This document shows, piece after piece, positions 1-7,540 of a stretch of DNA of 64,000 bases. Location: contig CAVVOB010000038.1 in the NCBI GenBank assembly GCA_963749655.1, positions 1 through 64,000 of the forward strand, read 5' to 3'. Every line of letters starts with the position of its first letter. The first letter of the stretch is position 1. The DNA is from Nitrospirota bacterium (GTDB taxonomy: Bacteria; Nitrospirota; UBA9217). A program made the translations under genes and the position numbers. Below the pieces are notes generated by a model that was not told the origin of the DNA, searched no databases, and worked only from the letters and a program-made list of their open reading frames with translations.

Positions 1-2379
1 GGCCGTTCCGGAGAGGAGTTTGGACGTCTGCTCCAGGACCATCGTCCGGTCTTCCTCGTGGATCATCCGGAACCAGAGGTCGGGGTTCGCTGCGTATTCC
101 TCCGAGGTGTATCCGGTCACGGCGATGCATCCCGGCCCGTGGTGGGTCCCGACGGCGTGGCCCTCGGAGACATCGACGGTGAAAATATAGTCCGTGACCG
201 ATTCGACGAGGCGCCGGTAGCGGCGCTCGCTTTCCATTTGGGCGTGCTCGGCGCGTTTGCGCGACGTGATATCGGAAAAGATCGTGGCAAACTGTCCTTT
301 GGCAGGCGAGAACGCCGCGATCTCGAAGTGCTTGTCGAGCCGTTCGGCGTAATGTTCGAAATGAACGGGCTGTCCGGTCAGCGCGACGCGGCCGTAGGTG
401 GCGATGAAGTCCGTCTTTACTATTCCCGGCAGCACCTCGGTCGCCCGTTTGCCGATGATGCTGCCGCTCCGGATGCCGGTCATCTCTTCAAAGGCGGCAT
501 TCGCCTCGAGGAAAACGGAATCAACGGGCCTGCCCGCGGCGTCCGTTATGACCTCATGGAGGGCAAAGCCGGTGAGCGAGTGGTCAAAGAGGTTGCGGTA
601 GCGTTTCTCGCTTTCTATCAGGGCCTCCTCGGCCCGTTTGCGCGCTGTAATGTCCCTGACCGCCTCGATGCCTGCGATGACGGCCCCCTCTTCGTTTCTG
701 AGCGGAGACGAGGTGATCTCGAAATAGTGCAAGCCATCCTCATGCTGCATGCTTCTTTCCGCGGTATGAACCATCCCGTCGGACAGCGACTTCGCCATCG
801 GACAGGCCTCGCACACGGTCGTGCGGTGCTCATAGGCTTCGTAGCAGGGCTTCCCCGCGTGCTCGCCGATCAGGTTCTTGTGGACCTCGTTCTGATACAG
901 TATCCGGAAATTCCGGTCCTGAATGCTGATCCCGTCTCCGATGGCGGCGATGATCGCTTCGGACCGGTTCTTCTCATTGATAAGCGCGGACTCCGCCTTT
1001 TTGCGCTCCGTGATGTCGCGGATGATGCTCTGGACAAAGCTTGCGTTGCCCCGGTCGATCAGTCGGGAGCTCACCTCCACGGGAAAGACCGTGCCGTCCT
1101 TGCGGCGGTGAAGGGCCTCGAATATGAACCCGTTCTGCTCGCTCACCTGCTCCATCCGGGGCGGCGGGTCCTGTTGCGGATCCCGGACCTCGAAGTCCCT
1201 GAGGGACAGCTGGAGCAGTTCTTCGCGGGTATAGCCGTAGGCCGTGACGGCCCGGTCATTGACTTCTATGATACTGTTCGCCCGGTCCGCGAGAAGAATG
1301 ATGTCGTTGGCGTATTTGCTCAGGTAGTCGAACCGCTCGGACAACGCCTTGCGGGAAAGCTCGTCCTCGTAGCGCCTGCGGACGTACTCCGCGCTCCTTT
1401 GCCGCCACCAGACGATAACGCTCATTTCCGCCATTGCGATCAGCAGGATGATTATCGCCGAGAGGAGGAGCGCCCGCTCCCGCAGCGGGGCATTGATTTC
1501 CTCGCGGTCGATCTTCGAAACGAGGAACCAGGGCGACTGGGGAACAGTGCGGATCACCGCCAGGACAGGAACTTTGCGGTAGTCGAGTGTCTCTATGACG
1601 CCGTTATTCCCCGTGTCCAGCAGGGAGACGATCCCGGGTTTTTCGTCGAGCGGCATGCGAAGCGAGAGCGCGGTGCCTTCTTTGTGCCGCACATCATTGA
1701 GAAAAACGGCATCGTTGCCTTCCCTGCGCGCGAGAAGCGTTTCCGCGGTCCTGCTTGAACCGGGCCACGTCTCGATGAGGGGGTAGAGAAACATCTCGGG
1801 ATCGATGTGGATGACGATTGCACCGACGGGGAATTCAAGGGATTCTTTTTTGAGGAACAGCGGCGTGACGAGGTCGAGATGAACGTACGCGACGACCTGC
1901 CCGTGATGGATGTCGGAGAGGACCGTTTGTTTCGTACGAAGCGCTTCTTTCACCATTTCTTTCGCCTGGGGACCCAGCGTTGTGTCCCGGGGGGCGGTAG
2001 ACATGCGTATGGCCCCTTTTGCGTCGACGAGAAGGATGGACCTGAAGTCGCCGTATTCCTGAAGCGATTTCATCCATCCGGCAATGTCCCGTTTCAGACC
2101 TGGCGTTTCGGGCTCCCGGAAAAAGCGGTCGATGCTTGAAATAACGATGTTGTTCTTCGCAAGGGCATTCGCCTGGCCGATGCGTTCCCGGCGCCAGGTG
2201 AGGAGCTGGTTGAGCTTGAGGTCGGCGATGGCGGACAGTTCGTCCTCGATGTCATGTTTGACCGACTGTTTTTGATGACTATAATAGCGGTACCCTGCAA
2301 AACCGATGCAGAGCGTGAGGAGGATGAATACGGCGGTCAACCGGGGTATCATGGCGTCCGAACCGAACCGGGACTGCAT
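1..2379 (-). CDS. Membrane-anchored multi-PAS sensor protein (probable histidine kinase); 3' end runs off the window
   Basis: Not in the ORF track (no stop in window). Manual translation gives MQSRFGSDAMIPRLTAVFILLTLCIGFAGYRYY...ELSAIADLKLNQLLTWRRERI, then PAS repeats such as HGPGCIAVTGYTSEEYAANPDLWFRMIHEEDR. The 58..1758 + ORF is its antisense shadow. Confidence 0.85.
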   Translation of the reverse strand, partial: MQSRFGSDAMIPRLTAVFILLTLCIGFAGYRYYSHQKQSVKHDIEDELSAIADLKLNQLLTWRRERIGQANALAKNNIVISSIDRFFREPETPGLKRDIAGWMKSLQEYGDFRSILLVDAKGAIRMSTAPRDTTLGPQAKEMVKEALRTKQTVLSDIHHGQVVAYVHLDLVTPLFLKKESLEFPVGAIVIHIDPEMFLYPLIETWPGSSRTAETLLARREGNDAVFLNDVRHKEGTALSLRMPLDEKPGIVSLLDTGNNGVIETLDYRKVPVLAVIRTVPQSPWFLVSKIDREEINAPLRERALLLSAIIILLIAMAEMSVIVWWRQRSAEYVRRRYEDELSRKALSERFDYLSKYANDIILLADRANSIIEVNDRAVTAYGYTREELLQLSLRDFEVRDPQQDPPPRMEQVSEQNGFIFEALHRRKDGTVFPVEVSSRLIDRGNASFVQSIIRDITERKKAESALINEKNRSEAIIAAIGDGISIQDRNFRILYQNEVHKNLIGEHAGKPCYEAYEHRTTVCEACPMAKSLSDGMVHTAERSMQHEDGLHYFEITSSPLRNEEGAVIAGIEAVRDITARKRAEEALIESEKRYRNLFDHSLTGFALHEVITDAAGRPVDSVFLEANAAFEEMTGIRSGSIIGKRATEVLPGIVKTDFIATYGRVALTGQPVHFEHYAERLDKHFEIAAFSPAKGQFATIFSDITSRKRAEHAQMESERRYRRLVESVTDYIFTVDVSEGHAVGTHHGPGCIAVTGYTSEEYAANPDLWFRMIHEEDRTMVLEQTSKLLSGTA

Positions 2380-2438
2380 GGAGTGCCCGCCTCTCTTGGC
2401 GTCAGGGTTTATCGGGCAGATCAGGGATGTTGACGTAA

Positions 2439-2467
2439 ACTGTATCAAACGATTCCGTTGTTGTCAA
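2439..2467 (-). promoter_or_regulatory. Sigma70-type promoter of the PAS sensor
   Basis: Minus strand TTGACA-17 nt-TACAGT about 60 nt upstream of the ATG. Confidence 0.55.
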
Positions 2468-2518
2468 TGAGCGTCGCCAAACAGCGAACCGATTTTCGGT
2501 CCCCGGCGCTCATTTCTC

Positions 2519-2547
2519 TTGACAAGTGAACAGGTGTTCACTATACT
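2519..2547 (+). promoter_or_regulatory. Sigma70 promoter with a LexA-type operator (GAAC-N4-GTTC) in the spacer
   Basis: TTGACA(2519)-17 nt-TATACT(2542). The spacer is the palindrome AGTGAACA-GG-TGTTCACT (2525-2542). It heads the dinB-lexA operon. Confidence 0.85.
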
Positions 2548-2553
2548 GGTTTC

Positions 2554-2832
2554 ATGGCTACCGAGGTCGATGAACCGATATCGGTCGGCGCGGTCTTCGC
2601 GAACGGGACGATAAAACCGGTGTGGTTCTCCCGGCGGGGCAGGCAGGTCCGCATCCGCGAAGTGGCCCTGACCTGGAAAACCCGGCAGGGCAGCGCGCCG
2701 CTTCTCCATTTTTCCGTCACCGACGGACAGGGGCTCTATGAGATCCGCTTCAATACCCTTACGCTGGGGTGGAGGCTTTCAAATGCGGAAGAGTCGTCAA
2801 GTGCGGAGTTCAGAGTGCGAAGTGCGGAGTAA
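2554..2832 (+). CDS. Small beta-rich protein, dinB-associated (DUF6504/ImuB-C-like by resemblance)
   Basis: 92 aa, PVWFSRRGRQVRIREVALTW...HFSVTDGQGLYEIRF...W pattern; first gene of the SOS operon. Family assignment is from memory, not a search. Confidence 0.65.
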   Translation: MATEVDEPISVGAVFANGTIKPVWFSRRGRQVRIREVALTWKTRQGSAPLLHFSVTDGQGLYEIRFNTLTLGWRLSNAEESSSAEFRVRSAE

Positions 2833-3292
2833 GAACCAGGATGTCAGAATATGCTGAAGTAAGGTCTGGGAATATGCTGCATGACAATCTTAAACATCGC
2901 ACCAAACAATACGCATTGCGAATAATGCATCTCGTGAACATGCTCCCGAAGGGAAAAACGACGGATGTGATAGGCAGACAATTACTGCGATCGGGAACGT
3001 CGGTGGGTGCTAATTATCGGGCTGCTTGCCGGGCAAAATCTTCGGCAGATTTCATTTCAAAGATGGGGACCGTTGAGGAAGAGATCGACGAATCTCTTTA
3101 CTGGATGGAACTCCTTGTTGAGGCGAGCTTGATCAGCGAACAATCATTGGACCGGCTGATGGGTGAGTCACGGGAAATCCTGGCTATTACGGTGACGTCG
3201 ATCAGAACGGCAAAGACGAAAAGATAACATCGGAGGTCAACATGAATGCTCTTGACGTTGATTCCGCACTTCGCACTCCGCACTCCGCACTC
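2799..3292. repeat. Inverted (RAGTGCG)n heptamer arrays flanking the four-helix-bundle gene
   Basis: Left arm 2799-2830 AAGTGCG GAGTTCA GAGTGCG AAGTGCG GAGT; right arm 3261-3292 ATTC CGCACTT CGCACTC CGCACTC CGCACTC. Confidence 0.9.
2874..3227 (+). CDS. Four helix bundle protein (23S rRNA IVS protein / Avd-like family)
   Basis: Signature QLLRSGTSVGANYRAACRAKSSADFISKMGTVEEEIDESLYWMELL. Start may be 2841 or 2874. Confidence 0.9.
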   Translation: MLHDNLKHRTKQYALRIMHLVNMLPKGKTTDVIGRQLLRSGTSVGANYRAACRAKSSADFISKMGTVEEEIDESLYWMELLVEASLISEQSLDRLMGESREILAITVTSIRTAKTKR

Positions 3293-4513
3293 GGGACGCG
3301 CAGCGTCCTTCACATCGACATGAACGCTTTTTTCGCCTCGGTTGAGCAGCGGGCGAACCCGTCGCTCCGGGGCAGGCCCATGGCCGTGGTCGGCTCCAAA
3401 CACCGCGGCGTGGTTCTCTCGCCGTCCTACGAGGCGCGCGCTTTCGGCGTGAAGACGGGCATGACCTATGGCGAGGCCGTGCAGGCCTGCCCGGAGCTCC
3501 TCCTGGTGCCCGCCGACCCGCCAAGTATTCCACATGCCTGCGAAGAGCTGATCGAGATCTGGAAGGACTTCACGCCCCTGGTCGAGCTGTTTTCGATCGA
3601 CGAGGCCTTTCTCGACGTGACCGGATGCGAGCGCCTGTTCGGCGACCCGGTGCGGATCGCCGTCCGGATCAAGGAACGGATCTGGAACGAGATGCAGCTC
3701 ACCTGTTCCATCGGCATCGCGCCGAACAAGCTGCTGGCCAAGCTGGGGAGCGACATGCAAGAAGCCGGACGGGCTCGTGCTGATTTCTCCCGACGACGTG
3801 GCCGAGGTGCTCGAAGACCTGCCGGTCAAGGAGATCTGCGGCATCGGGCCGAGCCTGACGCAGACCCTTGCGTCAATGGGCATCCGGACCTGCGGAGAGC
3901 TTGGGCGCGCGCCGCTCCGCGTGCTTATTGCCCGGTTCGGCATTGTGGGCGAGCGGCTCCGGGACATGGGTCGGGGGATCGACGACGATCCGGTCGTGCC
4001 TCCGGAACAGCAGCAGGCGGAGGAGAGCAAGTCCATGGGCCACAGCATGACGCTCGACGAAGACTGCTCCGATGTCACCCTGATCGAACGCCACCTGCTC
4101 CAGCTTTCCGAAAAAGTGGGCCGCAGGCTCCGGCGCGGACTGTACCAGCGGCAGACCGTGAGCCTCACCCTCCGGTACGCGGACTTCCATACCTTCAGCC
4201 GCAAACAGCGGCTGCAGCATCGCCGTGAATCACGGGCTCGACATTTATGCCGCGGCCCGGCCTGCTGCATGAGCAGCGTCTCGCCAGCCGGTACGGCTCG
4301 TGGGCGTCAGCGTGTCGGGCCTCGAACGGAATGCTGTGCAGATGCCGCTGTTCGCCGACGAACGGAAGCGGGGGTTCATTGCCGAGGCCATGGACGAGAT
4401 CAACGACCGGTACGGCGATTTCACGGTCACCTGGGGCACGCTCGCTGAGCGGCGCGAGCCACGAGCGGGTCATTTCGCCGGCCTGGCGACCGGAGGGGGA
4501 CAGGAGCTACTAA
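3242..4513 (+). CDS. dinB: DNA polymerase IV (Y-family), split by several apparent frameshifts
   Basis: HIDMNAFFASVEQ, SYEARAFGVKTGM, FSIDEAFLD, SIGIAPNKLLAKL, GIG, KSMGHSMT and QMPLF (clamp-like) motifs spread over ORFs 3242, 3777, 4300 and 4247. Confidence 0.9.
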
Positions 4514-4525
4514 TCCTGAAAGTCG

Positions 4526-4782
4526 AAGTGCGAAGTGCGGAGTGCAGAATAAGGGAGAAACAGCCGGAGCGGTCCGGAATCCGGATCCGAGAGGGGCGAA
4601 TATCCGCAGTCTATGCTCAGTAAGGTATGCAATGCGAAATGTAACGGATTTATGACTGAGAAAAAAACGTTGTTACATCAATCAGGACACGGGAGGACAG
4701 TGATGCCGAGGAAAACGGGCAACAACAATTCGAATGAGCGCCAGGGTTCTCACTCCACACTTCGCACTTCGCACTCCGCACT
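4526..4782. repeat. Second inverted (RAGTGCG)n array pair, about 200 nt spacer, no cargo gene
   Basis: AAGTGCG AAGTGCG GAGTGCA GAAT (4526-4550) versus CACTC CACACTT CGCACTT CGCACTC CGCACT (4751-4782). Confidence 0.85.
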
Positions 4783-5393
4783 GGAGCAGCGCGTCACCGA
4801 TCGTCAGCGGCAGATCTACGATTTCATCCACACGACGCAGGCAGCCCGGGGCATTCCGCCCTCCATGCGGGAGATCGGGGAGGAGTTCGGCATCCGGTCC
4901 ACGAACGGCGTGGAGGGCCATCTCGCGGCGCTCGAAGCAGACGGCCTCATTTCCCGGGAACGGGGAAAATCGCGCGGCATCTCCGTCCACATGGCGGAAC
5001 GCTCCGTGGCATCGGTCCCCCTCCTCGGGCAGGGTCGCGGCGGGCATGCCGGTGCTGTCTCCGGAAAACCGGGAGGGCGACGTCATGGTCGATCTTTCTC
5101 TCTTCTCTCTCCGGAGCGGCGGCAATCTCTTCGCGCTTAAGGTGAAGGGCGAAAGCATGGTGAACGCCCATATCATGGACGGGGACACACTCCTGGTGCG
5201 CGCCCAGTCAACGGCGCAGAACGGCGACATCGTCGTGGCCCTCGTCGAGGGCGAGGCCACGGTGAAGCGGTTCTTTGCCGAGAAGAACGGGGTCCGCCTC
5301 CAGCCCGAGAACAGCAGCATGAAGCCGATCACGGTCGAGCGCGGAGAGTTCCGGGTTCTCGGCAGGGCCGTGGGGGTGATCAGGAAGATATGA
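4703..5393 (+). CDS. lexA: LexA repressor (one apparent frameshift near 5030)
   Basis: wHTH TDRQRQIYDFI...PPSMREIG...STNGVEGHL; cleavage site GRVAAG; catalytic GESM and ATVKR; GGGAGG RBS. Confidence 0.95.
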
Positions 5394-5471
5394 AGGAGCC
5401 CACTTGAGGAAAGCCAAGGATTGATGTTCACAATGCCAGTCCTATACTCATATCGCTGTCTTGCTCGAAAC

Positions 5472-5498
5472 GTCATTCCAGCGAAGGCTGGAATCCAG
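5472..5498. repeat. REP-like palindrome (GTCATTCC type)
   Basis: GTCATTCCAGCGAAGGCTGGAATCCAG hairpin; related elements at 10156-10233 and 11178-11270. Confidence 0.7.
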
Positions 5499-5626
5499 TT
5501 TTTACCAGGTTGACCGGCAAAATAGATTGGTTTTGCGTAACAGTTATTCATATGCTGACGATCAATCGTAATGGAGCGATCATGGCCGTTCCAGTTGCCC
5601 GGTTCCCTTGCATTTTTAAAGATTCT

Positions 5627-5662
5627 TTGACTTTTAGGGAAATTAGTAATACAATGTATTAC
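5627..5662 (+). promoter_or_regulatory. TA promoter with a palindromic operator over the -10
   Basis: TTGACT-17 nt-TACAAT; perfect inverted repeat GTAATACA-A-TGTATTAC at 5646-5662. Confidence 0.7.
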
Positions 5663-5677
5663 CTTGGAGAGTGATCA

Positions 5678-5950
5678 TTGCTTATCAGGGATTTTGAATG
5701 GGACGAAGGCAATGTTGTGCATATAGAACTTGGGCATGGTGTGAAGCCGGAGGAGGCAGAAGAAGTTTTTGTTGAAAGACCCCTGTATCGGAAAACCAAA
5801 AAAGGTCATTATGTAGCAATGGGGCCGACACAGGAAGGGCGGTATCTCACCATCGTATTTGCTTTGAAGAAAAACGGCATAGCGAGAGTCATTACGGGGT
5901 GGGACATGGACAAAGCGGAGATTAGGTATTGGCAGAAGCATACGGGGTGA
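5678..5950 (+). CDS. brnT: BrnT family toxin
   Basis: FEWDEGN..HI..HGV..EEAEEVF...GRYLTIVF...ARVIT pattern. Confidence 0.85.
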   Translation: MLIRDFEWDEGNVVHIELGHGVKPEEAEEVFVERPLYRKTKKGHYVAMGPTQEGRYLTIVFALKKNGIARVITGWDMDKAEIRYWQKHTG

Positions 5951-5971
5951 GGTGCGAGGGAGGCCAAAGTG

Positions 5972-6262
5972 ATGAAGGTAAAAACGGCGAAAAAGCAGAC
6001 CAGTGATGGGGAATACTACGATAAGCGGGGCATCCTCGGCGAAATCGTTGATGAAAACATGGTGATGAGTCTTGATGAGGCGCTTCGCAAGGACATTATT
6101 TCGGGCAAACGGAAGAGGAAACTGCAGAACGTTTCGATCAAACTCGATCCGCTCTATCTCGTGTCGATCAAGAAGGTGGCAACGAAGAAGGGAATCCCTT
6201 ATCAGACCCTGGTGAGGCAGTGGGTTGCGGAGAAGATTCGCAAAGAGCTGAAGATAGCGTAG
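5972..6262 (+). CDS. BrnA/CopG-like antitoxin
   Basis: C-terminal RHH SIKLD...KKVATKKGIPYQTLVRQW; directly follows brnT. Confidence 0.8.
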   Translation: MKVKTAKKQTSDGEYYDKRGILGEIVDENMVMSLDEALRKDIISGKRKRKLQNVSIKLDPLYLVSIKKVATKKGIPYQTLVRQWVAEKIRKELKIA

Positions 6263-6291
6263 GGCATCTGACGGATTGCCGGGGTGAATGC

Positions 6292-6700
6292 ATGAGCGAA
6301 GAAACGATAGTAAAAACAGTGTTGAGCTTTTATCCCGATGCAGAGGCTATCTATCTTTTCGGTTCCTTTCTGACGCCGGACCAGCAGCAGGACAGCGACG
6401 TCGATATTGCCGTTCTCTTTCCCCCTGAAAAAGCCGGGCTGCTCAATAATCCTCGCCCTGGGCGATTGCCGGGCAGCTCTCGAAAAGGTCTTGAAGAGAA
6501 CGGTGGACCTCGTCAACCTGCGGAAGGCAAATACGGTTTTTCAGAACGAGATCATGCAGCAAGGCAGGATCATCTATCAGCAGGATGAACGCGTTGTCGA
6601 TGAATTTGAGATGCAGGTCCTGTCATCGTACCAGAAATTGAACGAGGAACGGGCGGGTATCCTGGAGGATATACTGGAAACCGGGAGAATATTGAAATGA
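6292..6700 (+). CDS. mntA: MntA-type minimal nucleotidyltransferase antitoxin (apparent frameshift near 6440)
   Basis: YLFGS...DSDVDIAV (GSX10DXD) then VDLVNL in the next frame; overlaps the HEPN gene. Confidence 0.85.
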
Positions 6701-7125
6701 TGATGGACGTGATCCTGAACAAGAAGGAGAGCATTGAGCGCTGCGTGCAGCAGATACGCCTCTATTATGCAACGCCGTCCGAACTGCCTTTTGAAAAAGA
6801 CCACTTGAGGCAGGACGCTATTGCCGCGAATCTTCAGCGGGCAGCAGAACAGGCCATCGACCTGGCAAATCATGTCATCAGAAAAGGAAAGCTTGGCTTG
6901 CCAAAGGAGAGCAAGGAAAGTTTCGAGATCCTGGCCAGGGCCAAGGTCATTCCCCAGGAGCTTGCGGATAAATTAAAGGGAATGGTCGGGTTCCGCAATA
7001 TTATGGTCCATCAGTACCAGGAGCTGGATATAAAGATAATGGTGGATGTCATCGAGCATCGTCTTGACGATCTGGTCGTTTTTACGACGCTTGTCATGGA
7101 GTTCGGGCGCGGCCGGAAATCGTGA
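6697..7125 (+). CDS. hepT: HepT/DUF86 HEPN RNase toxin
   Basis: RX4HXY motif GFRNIMVHQY; paired with the MNT gene. Confidence 0.9.
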   Translation: MMMDVILNKKESIERCVQQIRLYYATPSELPFEKDHLRQDAIAANLQRAAEQAIDLANHVIRKGKLGLPKESKESFEILARAKVIPQELADKLKGMVGFRNIMVHQYQELDIKIMVDVIEHRLDDLVVFTTLVMEFGRGRKS

Positions 7126-7159
7126 GCAGCGCATCTTACGCGTTGACGTGAGGAGAATC

Positions 7160-7225
7160 ATGGCGGTTCCTGATTTTCAATCGTTCTTCAAACCCTTGCT
7201 GGATGTTGAAGATCGGCGTTCTTGA
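7160..7225 (+). pseudogene. mrr: 5' stub of an Mrr restriction endonuclease gene
   Basis: AGGAG RBS followed by MAVPDFQSFFKPLLDV, the typical Mrr N-terminus, ending after 21 codons. Confidence 0.65.
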
Positions 7226-7237
7226 AAGGAAAACTGT

Positions 7238-7504
7238 ATGAAAAAAGTCGCACTTCCCCTGGCACGATTATCATTTTCCCAAAAGCTGGATTTAATGGAG
7301 GCACTCTGGGCGGACCTGGCTGGGGATGAGAAGAAACTGGAGTCCCCGGCCTGGCATGGCGCTCTTCTCAAGGAACGGGGAGCTGCCTATGCAGCCGGCA
7401 AGCTCACTGCCTCGGACTGGGAACAGGCCAAAAAACGAATCCTAAACGCGGCGGAGAAGTCAATCGGGGACTCTCAACGTCACCTAAGGTGCTTTCCGGC
7501 ATGA
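7238..7504 (+). CDS. Putative addiction module antitoxin component (TIGR02574-like), orphan
   Basis: LSFSQKLDLMEALWADL...SPAWH..LL.ER...DWEQAKKRI pattern. Confidence 0.8.
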   Translation: MKKVALPLARLSFSQKLDLMEALWADLAGDEKKLESPAWHGALLKERGAAYAAGKLTASDWEQAKKRILNAAEKSIGDSQRHLRCFPA

Positions 7505-7540
7505 GGCTGTTTTAACTGCTTGCAAGAAAAAGCCGGCATA

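Noticed and set aside
58-1758. 566-aa plus-strand ORF and other long antisense ORFs (13501, 22897, 26769, 39771, 48147)
   Set aside because: Shadow frames of real genes on the opposite strand in GC-rich DNA, with no recognisable motifs.
2874-3227. Avd-like gene as part of a diversity-generating retroelement or an rRNA IVS
   Set aside because: No reverse transcriptase, TR/VR pair or rRNA gene is present in the window.
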